Assembly: GCA_048213135.1 (NCBI GenBank)
Contig: PS015105.1
Span: 113,076 to 151,583, forward strand
Source of the DNA: Reclinomonas americana ATCC 50394
Lineage: Eukaryota
Direction of reading: 5' to 3'
Length of the DNA stretch: 38,508 bases
Positions within the stretch are counted from its first letter, which is position 1, and every line of letters begins with the position of its first letter. The notes under the pieces are model-generated. The model was not told the DNA's origin. It saw only the letters and a program-made list of their open reading frames with translations, and searched no databases. Shown piece by piece: positions 11,801 to 23,204 of the stretch. A program made the position numbers and the translations under genes.

Positions 11801-13426
11801 CTGTTGCGTGCACGTACTTTCATGCACGCACTAGTTGATATTACGTCCTCACTCTCCGTCCGTCGTCGGCAGTCGGTCCTGTCGCTGCATCTGGTGGAGG
11901 GCATGGACGAACGACCCTGGAGACTCGAATCGCTGAGTGTGGCAGGTCGTGCCTCTGCGGATCTCGATCTCCTTTCCGCATTTGTGTGCAATCCACGTGC
12001 CGCCGGTAGCCTTCGCTCCCTGGACATTAGCCAAACGAATGCAACGTGCGTCATCGACTCGTCGCCGCACTCCGTGTCTATCGCAGCTGGCTGATCGTGG
12101 TTTGCGCAGCACTCGCCTTGTCGAAGAAGTGGTACAACAGTGCCGTCTGCTGCAACGACTTGCTGCACGCGAGTGCAAGAGCCTCCGATCGTTGCGTATC
12201 GCCACTTTGCTTTCACTCCCTCCTTCTAGACCTCTGACGTCTGCAAGCGCAGACTACAGCTGTTCTCGGACGGCTTGCAGGAGCTGAATGTGTCTGGATG
12301 TTCCCAACTCGTGGAAGTGAATGTCGGGGGCATGTCATTCCAGCGCCTCCTTGCCAGCGGCTGTGCAGAGCTGGCGCACGTGGAGTTTGGTGTGGAGAAC
12401 CCGTGCAGTGCACCGGATGCCGCTGTCGAGGAGTCGTTCCTGCAGTCGCATCTGCCTCTGGACGATCGTGTGTGTTTGGTGCACACTGTCTCACTGGATG
12501 ACACCTTTGTGCGCGACCACACCGTCCTCAACCTGCTACTGACTTGCCCGAACCTCACGGTACGACACTGCTTCTCTCTCTCTCTCTTTTTCATTCTCCG
12601 TTGCTGATGCACGATGACACAGGATCTGAGTGTGGCCTCGACACTGCACTTGCACGATGTGCTCCTCGGTCAGCTGCCACCACAGTTCCGGCGACTTGAC
12701 GTGTCGTTTGCGTACAATCAGACTCCGTTGACCATGTACGACATGCACGAAGGTGAGCACTCTATGTGTTCCCGGCCGTGGTCTCCAGGAAGCACTCAAA
12801 TCAAAAGGCGCAGGATTGAGAGAGCTCCGCATCAGCGGTCTCAATGTGAGTGGCAGTGAGTTGGTGGCCGTTCTCGAGTGCCTGCCGAACTTGCACACAC
12901 TGTGTGCGTCCATGTGCGAGTCTATCGAGTCGGTGCGATATACCCGTGCCCCACACTGCTGCATTGTCAGTGACTTGCTGATCCTCCTCCCGCTCCTGTT
13001 GCCACGCAGATCGAGGTGGAGGAGGCGCACCACTCGCTTCGTCGACTGGATCTGCAGAGGTGCTCTGCGTTGGAGTACATTAGCATCGAGGCACTGGTGG
13101 CACTGGAGGTGTGTGTAGTCGATCCACTTTTGATGGAAACCAAGTCTCACGCTGCGGAAACACAGCTGCTGGATTTGAGACACTGCAGTGCCTTGTATCA
13201 CCTCGACATTCCACCGACACTTTCGCGCATCCGTGGCATGAAACCGATGCATGGCAGCAAGCCTGAGCAGTTGCGCAGAGTAACGCACTTCAATGTTGAT
13301 TGTGTGCGAGTATTCACACTTGGTACAGAGGTGTGCACATTGGCGGTCACGCTGTCGAGGGTAATCGCGACTTTGATCAGTGGACTCTGTCGCTGTTTGC
13401 CTCTAGGTAATGAATATAGAGATTAA
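8868..13426 (+). CDS. F-box/leucine-rich repeat protein, about 19 introns
   Basis: Spliced N-terminus LAEDVLVRVCEFCTAMDLLRGVQLTCRHWRSAV is F-box-like. Many cysteine-containing LRR units follow (LRRLSLRGCSSLRSL, LQELNVSGCSQL, LRRLDLQRCSALEYI). Stop TAA at 13424-13426. Some internal junctions are uncertain. Confidence 0.85.
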
Positions 13427-13501
13427 ATACGTATAGTGTCTGTGTGTCGACGGCTGGTCAACAATATGTGTATTCCTAGTAATGATTACAAAGCGCAAAG
13501 C

Positions 13502-16306
13502 CTACGTGTTGATACCGCTCAGCAGCGGCACCGTTTCTTGCGTCTCCACGCGGTCACCAACGGTCTCGGCGAGCGCCCGACCTCGTGTCTCTGGCAGGAA
13601 CAATGCCACGCAGCCGGCCAGGCCGAAGGCAACCGCGTACACTGTCAACGGGAGGGCCACTGCAATGAAAAACGGCACGGTGAGCTGATGGAGGAGCACG
13701 TTGCACGTACAACACGTACCGCCACCGTCGGAGCCGAGAAGGCCCGAACTTATGAATGGTGCAATGATGCCGGCGGTGCGGTTAAAGGTGCTGCACACGC
13801 CGACACCAGTCGTGCGAATCCTGCAGTGCGATGCTGTTAGTGGACGAAGCAGGAGGAGTGAACAGGAGAGGCACGAAACTGCGTCGGATACAGCTCTGGA
13901 ATGACCAAGGCAACACAGTATTGTCAGCAGTCAAGGGACATCGTCTGGAGGGAGGAAGGGAAGAGGGCAACGCACCTGGTGTGATGGTGTACTGCGAGAC
14001 AAACAACACGATCACAAAATGAGCTCAGAAATGGTAATGAGAGACACTCTGTCGTTCACCAACCTGCGCAGCGTAGGCCGCCAGCGAAAAGAATGACATG
14101 AGAATGCTAAAGACGAGCATCTGCGAGAAGAACAGCATGAGTGTCGTGTGGACGTGGGGAAAACTGCGAGAGCGTGTCAACTCACCAGCGTTCCCGAGCT
14201 GGTCAGCACAAACATGTAGATCGCGACTCCACTGATGAGCAGCGACACGGCTTGCGTGTACTTGCGACCAAGCGGAGTCTCGATGAGGTACGTGGCAAGG
14301 AGGATGCCAGGCACACCGCCCAGCTGCATGAAGAATGTGTTGCGGTAGACGTCTTGCTGTGGGATGCCCTTGCGCTCGAAGAAATCCGGCAGGAACACGC
14401 TGAAACCGCCGTAGCCGAGCGAGGTGCAGAACCATATCTGCAAGGGGACGAAAGAAGACCTTCTGTGAGCTGTACGCACACAGGGAGAGGATTAATTCTC
14501 ACCAGCCCGACGACACGCACCAAAATCAAGCAAATGGACTGGAATAGCAGTGGAGGTCGGAACACGTAGGCCAGAGGCGTCCGGAGGAAGCGCTCGCACG
14601 CTGTCCGCTGTGATGCAACAACCAACGCAGGTCTGACCAGCAGCTCTGGTAAGGCGGAGTTCGCGGAGCCGGCAGACGTCGCCACTGTGGGTCCCTGCTT
14701 GGCCTCCACATCGGCCGGCAAAATCAGCTCGAAATCCGACAGCGCCTTCCCGTTGTAGCCGGCCACTCGCTGCAACACTCGCTTCGCGTCGTCGACGCGA
14801 CCTTGAGTGATGAGGAAACGCGGCGACTCGGGCACCACTGCGCGTGGCGGTGTCAGGGCGCTGCAAGAGAAAATCGGCTTCAACAAACACGCGTACCACT
14901 TCGCGCGAAGAAGAAGCAGGCATTGCAGATGGCCAGAATGCCCTGCAGCCATCGCCAGCCCCACACGCCAAAGGGGTCTCGGGGAATGATGATCCATGCG
15001 AGGCCTGTGACAGAATCAGCAAACAGTGGGGAAGAGGAGAAGAGAACGAAGAGAGTGAACGTGAGGGGGAGAGAGAGAGAGAGAGGAGAAGAAGAGGGAA
15101 GAGTGAATGTGAGGGAGAATGCAGCACAGTGGCTCAGCCATGAGAACAACAGGAGAGGAAGCAGTGAGGGGGGGAGGAGAAGAAGAACGAAGAGAGTGAA
15201 TGCAAGTGAGAACGCACACAGTGGCTGACGATACGATGAGAACGGCAGAAAAATAGGAGACGTAAGAATAGATGGGAAAACTGTGCTGGGGGAACGCAGC
15301 ACAGTGGCTCAGCTGACGATGCGATGAGAACAGCAGAAGAAGAGGCAGTTAGGAGGAGGAGAACGGCGAGATTGAATGTGAGGGAGTTAGGAGAAGACAG
15401 CAAGGGCTCTTGCGTGCACTGACCAGCGGTAAAGACGGCGCCGACGGACCAGAAGACGGCAATGAGCGAGAGGTACCAGCGCTGCTTGGTCGGCGTCAGC
15501 TCGGTGAACAGCGCCCCGTCGACGGGTAAGTTGCCGCCAACTCCGGTGCCAGTGAAGAAAAGAAGCACCTGCAGACGGAGAACGGTGGGCGGAGTGCGCG
15601 ATACGAGAGAAGTGGGCGAGTCACTCCACGCACGCAGAGCACAGGCATGTTGGGCGAAAAGGCGGTGGCCAAGCCAAACACCGACGCGACAGCCAGCGTG
15701 ATATTGAATGAGGGCCGTCGACCAATGCGATCACTGCCATCATGTAATGCACGCAATTGGCTGGCAGCAGCACCAATGACCACCCACGCACATGCACACG
15801 CACCTCAGGTAGCCCCACAGCGAGGCACCCACCCACAGGCCGGCGGGGAAACACATCGACGGCCACGCCTTGTTCGCCTCGGAGATGTGCTGCATGCCGC
15901 GCGAGAAATCAGTGAGGACGATGATGACGCCATGCACAGTGGAGCGTGCACGCACCCATTGTTGATCGGGCCCGATGCTCATGAGAATGAAGGAGAGCGA
16001 GGAGAGCCACATGTTGTCGGCCATCCATCCCAATCCTTTTTTGAGGCAAGGGAACCGGTGATTACATTGGGTGAGGGATGGGGAGGAGAGGAGGGAAGGG
16101 AGAGGAGAGGGGAGAAGGAGAGGGGCGTACCGCACACAGCCACGAGCCAGTAGTGGAACTTGCCAAAGCCGATGGCATCGAGGACCTGATCCACGCTGAG
16201 GGGCGAAAGAGAGAGTGAGATGGGAGAGTGAGAGTGAGTGAGCAAGTCTGTGAGTGCGTGGACGAAACGTGACGGGCTTGTCGAGGATCACGTCTCTCTT
16301 TTGCAT
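13502..16306 (-). CDS. Major facilitator superfamily transporter, SV2/SVOP/NiaP-like, about 12 introns
   Basis: DAIGFGKFHY, GLGWMADNM, WGYLSDRIGRR, GVGGNLPVD, WGWRW, PESPRFL, PELYPTQIRTTGVG and LPETRG. Confidence 0.92.
15110..15340. repeat. Three imperfect copies of a GCAGCACAGTGGCTCAGC...ATGAGAAC unit inside a 419-nt MFS intron (15005-15423)
   Basis: Copies start at about 15117, 15210 and 15292, separated by GA-rich sequence. Confidence 0.7.
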
Positions 16307-16448
16307 CTCAGTGTGCACGTGAGGAGAAATTCGATCATGTCCTTCAGTTGTCCTGTTCTTTTTTTCTCTTCTGTTGGCCTCTCTGCTGCTCCACTCTCAC
16401 TCCCACTCTTGCTGCTGTTGCAAGCAAAAAAAGAAAAAAGAATGAAAT

Positions 16449-16461
16449 AAAAAACAAAAAA
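16449..16461 (-). terminator. RNA polymerase III oligo-T terminator of the tRNA gene
   Basis: TTTTTTGTTTTTT on the minus strand, 8 nt after the tRNA 3' end. Confidence 0.8.
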
Positions 16462-16469
16462 GATAAGTT

Positions 16470-16550
16470 CGCGCCGGGCATGATTCGAACATGCGCGGGT
16501 TTCCCCAGTTGATTTCGAGTCAACCGCCTTGACCACTCGGCCACCGACGC
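16470..16550 (-). tRNA. tRNA-Ser(CGA), intronless, no encoded CCA
   Basis: Acceptor stem GCGTCGG/CCGGCGC with G73; anticodon arm GTTGA-CTCGAAA-TCAAC; long variable arm GGG-GAAA-CCC; T arm GCATG-TTCGAAT-CATGC. Confidence 0.97.
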
Positions 16551-16741
16551 CTTTCCATGTACATGGGCTGCCACCAGTGGAAGCTCACCTGCTCCTGGCC
16601 ACCGACATCCTCTCGAACGAAAAACAACAGCAGCAACCAAGGCCTGGCCACTGATGGACCCACCTGCAGCTGCAACTAGTGCTACGCGACCACCGACACC
16701 ATGTCGAAGAGACAACTGCGACTACTAACATGTGAATTCAC

Positions 16742-17915
16742 TCATCTGCTGCAACAACCACCCGAACCACTGTCTCCGCCCGCTGCTGCCTCGCCGCCGC
16801 CGTCAGCACCGCGCAGAACGTTGGCCGAGTTCGTGCGTCGGGCGGCTGTCACAAATCGTCGAACGGTGAGAGAGAGATACCGCAAGACGCAGCACTGTAA
16901 AGTTCCTCCCCTCCGCAACTCCTGCCCGTGGCTATCATGCGTTTCTTGGCCGCTCGTGCCACCGTCAGGAACGCCTCGTCGACACCTTCGCCAGTCAGTG
17001 CACTGCTCTCCGCAAACGAGGTCTGGAACACGCGCGCCAGCTCTTCCCCGCGTGCTCGACTCACTCGCTGCGCCAGCAGCTGTCAGCACGCTGCAGACGG
17101 CACACTGTGCACTTATGACCGTACCCTCTCGCCACCCGGACAGTCCGTCTTGTTGCCGACGAGGATCACGTCGACGCCCTCGACAGCGTTTTCCCGAATG
17201 CTTTGCATCCACATCTTGACGTCTTTTCACATCGATCAGCAACAAACGCCACAACGGTACTCCATCGGCAAATAGCACACACAACTGGAGAACGACTGCT
17301 CGCTGGTCACATCGTACACCAGCAGAATGCCCATGGCTCCTCGAAAGTACGCTGCATCGACAACGACGACGACGACTCAGCTGCGCAAAGACAAAGACAC
17401 AGAAATCGCCTCCCTCACCGTGCGTCACACTGCGGAAGCGCTCCTGGCCTGCGGTGTCCCACACCTGCACCGAGGTGTCCTTGCCATCCTGACGACGATG
17501 GACTATGAGGAACGAAATGACACATGGACAACTGCGCTTATAGCACACACCAGATCCACTATCTTTTGTCGAAAGTCGACACTGCGTGTGCGTGGTGTGT
17601 GTGAGAGAGAGAGGGAGACAGAGAGAGCAAGGGAAACACGGCCGACACGTGCGTGTGAGGCAGCGTGCGCGGATTCCTCTCACTCTCTCATGTTCCACCT
17701 CAGTGACTCACCCGATGGTGCTGACAAACGAGTGTGTAAAGAGGTCCTCGGTGAAGCGCAGGAACAGACACGACTTGCCGACACCTGCTCGTTTGTTGTG
17801 TTCGGTTGTGTGTCGTGAGAAAAAAGACAAGTCGTTCTCACACGCACACACACACACACAGTGAGGACGCAACCACTGTCGCCGATCAGCAGCAGCTTGA
17901 TCAAGTCGACGCCGT
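16742..17915 (-). CDS. Rab-family small GTPase (Rab8/Rab1/Sec4-like), 5' end in the gap, 7 introns
   Basis: [53 protein letters not shown], ESSA and the C-terminal GGCCSR prenylation motif. Confidence 0.93.
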
Positions 17916-18336
17916 NNNNNNNNNNNNNNNNNNNNNNNNNNNNNNNNNNNNNNNNNNNNNNNNNNNNNNNNNNNNNNNNNNNNNNNNNNNNNNNNNNNNN
18001 NNNNNNNNNNNNNNNNNNNNNNNNNNNNNNNNNNNNNNNNNNNNNNNNNNNNNNNNNNNNNNNNNNNNNNNNNNNNNNNNNNNNNNNNNNNNNNNNNNNN
18101 NNNNNNNNNNNNNNNNNNNNNNNNNNNNNNNNNNNNNNNNNNNNNNNNNNNNNNNNNNNNNNNNNNNNNNNNNNNNNNNNNNNNNNNNNNNNNNNNNNNN
18201 NNNNNNNNNNNNNNNNNNNNNNNNNNNNNNNNNNNNNNNNNNNNNNNNNNNNNNNNNNNNNNNNNNNNNNNNNNNNNNNNNNNNNNNNNNNNNNNNNNNN
18301 NNNNNNNNNNNNNNNNNNNNNNNNNNNNNNNNNNNN
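17916..18336. other. Assembly gap (N run)
   Basis: N bases; flanked on the right by a homopurine repeat. Confidence 0.99.
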
Positions 18337-18424
18337 GGGGGAAGGGAGAGGGGGGAAGGGAGAGGGGGAAGAAACAGGGGGAAGGAGAAGGGGGGAGGAA
18401 CATGGGGAAGGAGGGGTAAGGGAA

Positions 18425-18606
18425 GGGGGAAGGAACAGGGGGAAGGAACAGGGGGAAGGAACAGGGGGAAGGAACAGGGGGAAGGAACAGGGGGAAGGAA
18501 CAGGGGGAAGGAACAGGGGGAAGGAACAGGGGGAAGGAACAGGGGGAAGGAACAGGGGGAAGGAACAGGGGGAAGGAACAGGGGGAAGGAACAGGGGGAA
18601 GGAACG
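18425..18606. repeat. Minisatellite (GGGGGAAGGAACA) x ~14 within a CCT8 intron
   Basis: 13 perfect 13-mers at 18425-18593 plus one variant copy. Confidence 0.95.
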
Positions 18607-18752
18607 GGGGAGAAAAGTGCAACCCGATAGAAGGGAGAGGGGATTAAGACTGATGAACAAAAGGGATGCGAATGAGAGGGAGGACACAAACGAGAAAGAC
18701 AAGAAGCGATTGCGAGTGACCACCCCCTCGCTGCACTCTCACTGTCACAAAC

Positions 18753-19711
18753 CTGCACGCAAGCCGCCGCCACCAGTCGTGTCATGTGCTCCTCGTTGCC
18801 GTACAGCTTGGACGACAGCACCGTGCGCAGAGCCAGCGAAGTCTGCGCCTCGTCGTGCGGGTTGTCGAGGCGAGAGGTGACCAGGGCTGTGGATGCGTAC
18901 AAGTCAGGAGACGACGGCGGCGAAGGTGATGGAATGCCGCACGTCGTCCACTCAACTGTCGAGAACCTCGAGTGCCTTGGCGGCCGCGCGCTCGTAGCCC
19001 TCCAGAATCTGGCTCGGGTGCAGACCCATGAGAATGAGGCCCTCGGCCAGTGACAGGAACTCGCCCGCCAGGATCACAGTCAGGTTGGTGCCGTCGCCGA
19101 CCTGCATTCACGAGAGTGAGAAAGAGAGAGATTCCAAGTGCTGTGTGCACCACGCCCGCACCTCCTCCTGCTGCGACTTGGCCGCCAGAGTCACCATCTA
19201 CCACACCAGCACAGGTGAGCACGCCGCGCAGCGCAGCAGGCACCGACAATGAGAGAAAAACACACAGACCTTGGCTGCCGGGTGTACGACCTCCAGCTGC
19301 TCCATAATGGTGGCCGCGTCGTGTGTTACAAACAGCTTCTCCAAGTGGTTGATGACCATCTGCACACACTGCGTGAGACAACACCACACGCACAATAACA
19401 ACCACAGACACAAGTCTCAAGACCTTGTTCATGCCTGGGCGATGCACAAGTCAGCAACACAAACTGCACATCAATAGAGAGAGAGAAAAGAGGCACTCAC
19501 CATTGGGGCCCAACGATGTACGTGTGATAGTGCACAGGTTGCGCACGGCCTCTGCGCAGAGAGCACACGCGTGAGTGAGTGATCCCGAGTGGACAACTCT
19601 AAGAGAAGAGAAACACAAACCAATGTTGCGCAGAACGGCCTCATCGACTCCACTCAAGTGCTTGACACCCTCCTTGAGGAGGCTGCCGAGGGTTCCACTC
19701 ATGAACGACAT
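18753..19711 (-). CDS. CCT8: T-complex protein 1 subunit theta; only the N-terminal ~190 aa are visible before the gap
   Basis: LLKEGVKHLSGVDEAVLRNIEA, TRTSLGPNGMNKMVINHLEKLFVTHDAATI, HPAAK, QQEEVGDGTN, MGLHPS and SSKLYGNE. Confidence 0.95.
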
Positions 19712-20243
19712 TTCTTCTTCTCTGTGTGTGAAGAGTGAGAGAGTGAGTGAGGACATTGCCACACAACACAACAATGTGCACGAGAGAAGCACGCAGTGTG
19801 CATGTGGTGCGTGATGAGTGCGCGTGTGCGTGAGAGTGACAGTGCATGCATCGTCCTCGTGTGTGTGCAAGAGTGTGGGAGGAGGCATGGTGGGTGCTCG
19901 AGGATGTCACCAAGAACAACGCGCGCGCGCCATGTCACACAACACACGCACACACGCACGCGCACAACTCTCCTCCGCGCACGAGTGTGTGTGCGTGACT
20001 CAACAAGCAATCACACACGCGCGCACACGCAGAGATGATAGAAATGCACATGAAGAGACAACTGCCAATCCAAACACCCAACACAAACACACACATGCAC
20101 ACACAAAACACACACACACACGCAGACACGCATGACACAGACACACACGCAAGACAGACGCACACTCACCGCGCAACACAACACACACGACAACACAACA
20201 ATCCATCGATCGACGATCCACCACCCCACACTTCAATCCAACC

Positions 20244-21106
20244 ATGTCATCGCCGCTGATGCCGCTGGAGGCCTTCCTGAGCATGGAGGCACTACGCGGC
20301 GCCGCACGACTGCCACACTACTACGTCTACGCCGATTTGATCGGTCGCAAACGATGGGAAGACGTGCGCATTGCACGGACAGACGATCGCGTGGTGATGG
20401 CCGCGCGCGCGCGAGCCACGGCTGATGTTACGCTCGGTGTCGTTGTGTCTTGTCTCGTTGCGCGCTCACTCTCTCTTTATGCGCGTAGTTGCATGTGATT
20501 GTGCCGTTGGCGGCCTCGGCGACGGTTACACTGGCGTCGTTGGCGGCGACGCAGGCGCGAGCGCTGGAGGACTTTGGCGCGGCCGGAGGCACAGTGATCC
20601 AATTGGGATTGGACTCGGCGGAACCGTACTTTCCGGTGGTGCGGAAGCGCGCCAAGAAGCAGCGCAAGTGGACGGACATTAAGCGAATGGATTTGGAGGA
20701 GGAGGAAGAGGCAGAGGAGGAAGATCAAGAGGAGACGAGTGCTGCTGCTGCTGCTGCTGTGGTGGAGAAGGATGTTAGTGATCATGCGGCGCCGGTGGGT
20801 GTCGTGTTTGCGTTTGTCAGTGGCTCCTCCAGCATCAGCTATGTCGCGTATCGTGCGGGTTTTCCGGCACGGCACGATGCGCATGTCGTTGAGCAGCGGA
20901 AGAGAGTGGCGGGGGAGAGTGCGGCGGCCGGGCGTGGTCGGGCGGGGAGCAGGCAGCAGAGGCAGCGGGAGGGGAGGAGGCAGAGGGGGGTGGAGGAGGG
21001 GGTGAAGGTGGCGGAGGAAGGGGCGAAGGTGGAGGAGGCTGCGAGTGAGGAGGTGGTGATGGAGGTGGAGGCGAAGGCAGAGGTGGGGGAGACGGATGCT
21101 GTATGA
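20244..21106 (+). CDS. tRNA-splicing endonuclease subunit Sen15-like protein, 1 intron (20427-20488)
   Basis: N-terminal VYADLIGRKRWEDV, central VIVPL and C-terminal VVFAFVSGSSSISYVAYRAG match the Sen15 pattern, with acidic insertions. Recognised by eye only. Confidence 0.65.
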
Positions 21107-23204
21107 TTGTAAGTTGCATGATTGTTTATGTGGAGAGGGTGGGCGGGTTGTGTGCTTGACACAGGTGTTCTACGCTTTGTGGAAGCACCTTGTTGATCGC
21201 CGACGGGATCCAGACGGCTCTTGCTGCGAGTTGTCCGTGGATGATGCTGGCGTCGAGTTTCACCCATTGGAGTTTCAGTGTGTTGCTCTCGCAGCTGGTC
21301 CAGGAGTGCGATCTGCGTCGCAAAACAACGTGTTGAAGCAGCAGGCTCTGTGCACGTTGTGTTTGCTGTCGGAGCACAACAACAGTGGCACAATTGTTGT
21401 TCTTGCTTTTGTTTTCGCTTCGAGCTGTTCCTGAAGTTTATATCGACAGTGGTGTGCACAAGGAGGTGTAGCCGATGATGATGCGAGTCCGGCCGTTCCA
21501 ACAGGCTGCCGGTGCAAAAGCCAGCAAGGATCCGGAGCCGGTTTTGTGATCAAAAGATTCGAATCGAACAAGTTGCAGTCTTCTCTGTCGACTTCCTGCA
21601 CAGTCGCTGGCCTCACATACTGTCTCTCGAGGCTGCCTCTGTCTCTGAACCGCAAGGGCCGCTCTTGCAGCAGCTCGGCCTGCAATTCGGATACCGAACC
21701 ATTTCGAATTCGGGACTTGCTTCGTTGGTCATTGCAACCGCGGTACCGGACTCCATCGCAGCGGGATTCCATCGCTGTCACGTTGCTGTGCTACGCACTA
21801 TATCTGCTGCCACCTCTGCAACACGGCGTCGTGCTTCATCGAATATTGACCAACCAATTCAGTTTTCTGTTTTCCGAATCCGTTCACCTCCATTTATTTC
21901 ACCTCCCCCACACACGCCATCACCACCACACCACCCTCTCTCCCCGCTCCTCCCCACCCCACTCCATCCATCACCAATGCCCTCCCACAGCCCCCCTCGA
22001 TATCGCAAAACAGGCCGCGATGCGTCTCGGTGACACTGCACAATCACCGGCCCCCATCACCCAATCTCCAAGGCATCAAGCAGAGCGCGCGCTCACCCTC
22101 CACAGCGCACACCACCACGCGCGTGGGCACACACACAGATATCGACAAACCGTGAGTGCCTCTTCAACCTCACACATTCCTCTCTCCCCTCTCTCAAATG
22201 CACTCATCACAGTCGTGTTGTCTCTCGCTCTCCCTCTCTCTGACTGGCTGCGCCCCCACCAGTCGTGCATTCGACAGCACACAGGCAAGCCCGCACACAA
22301 GCTGGTGAGTGACAGTGCCAGTGAGGGAGAGAGAGGCAGGCATGTCAGCTCACACTCACGCGCGCGCGCATTTGTAATGTGCACATCAATCGAAAAAATC
22401 TATTGATCTTCTGTGCGTGCATGTGCATGTGCATAAAAAAGAGAGGAAAAGCAAAGAGTGCACACAGAGAGACAGTCGCTGTGTGTGTCAGAGAGAGTGA
22501 GAGAACGTTTTTGACCCTCGCTGTTCTTTCGCGTGTTCCAATTGGCACCGTTCGCTTTTTTCTTTCCTTTTTTTTCTTCTCTTTCTTCTCGCGCGCGAAC
22601 AGCACACGCACTCCACGCTCTCTCAGGCACGAGCAGGTGTGTGTTGCGCTTCTCGTTTCCCTCTTCCTGCGTGGTTCATGCCGTCGTGTACGAAAACACC
22701 TGTTTCATTCTCGCACACTCGCACACTCGCACATCTCTCTCTTCTCTCACCCACTCATGCATTGTTCCTGTGTCTCCTTTGCGTGTGCGTGCTCGTGTGT
22801 GCGCGCGTGTGTGTGTCTGCGTTCGTCGCACGTGGGGCATGCCGCGCCTCCCGCACAAAAAATTTCGTGCATCAGTGTGCAAGTCCACAACAAGCCGTGT
22901 GTTCGATTTTGTGTGTCTCTCTCTGTCGCGGTGCTCCATTGTGCACCCCCGTGTGTCGTTGTCGTTGGCCCTCATGCACTTGATCACCACCATGAGAGAT
23001 ACAGAAATTTTTCCCTTTTTTCTTTTCGTGATCCCCTTTCACTCACGCTGTCGCGTTTTTCGCTAATTGCTGTTGTTGCTGACGTGGTCGCATCTCGCTC
23101 TCCCTCTCTTCTCCCTCCTTCAGGCTTCCAACCCAACTTCGTGTCGTCGCGCACGCGCACAGCACACGCAAGAAAGCACACCGTTACCGTGATCGATTCG
23201 TACG

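Noticed and set aside
18425-18606. CRISPR array or telomeric repeat
   Set aside because: It is a head-to-tail 13-mer with no spacers, located inside an intron.
16742-19711. CCT8-Rab fusion gene
   Set aside because: The two are joined only across an N-gap; an under-sized gap is far more parsimonious.
19740-20240. Small ORFs or structured RNA in the CA/GT-rich CCT8-Sen15 spacer
   Set aside because: Low-complexity dinucleotide repeats typical of non-coding DNA throughout the window.
2720-21106. Functional tRNA-metabolism cluster (TsaE, tRNA-Ser, Sen15)
   Set aside because: The genes are separated by many unrelated genes. The tRNA has no intron and reads UCG, whereas t6A marks ANN-decoding tRNAs. 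Probably coincidence.
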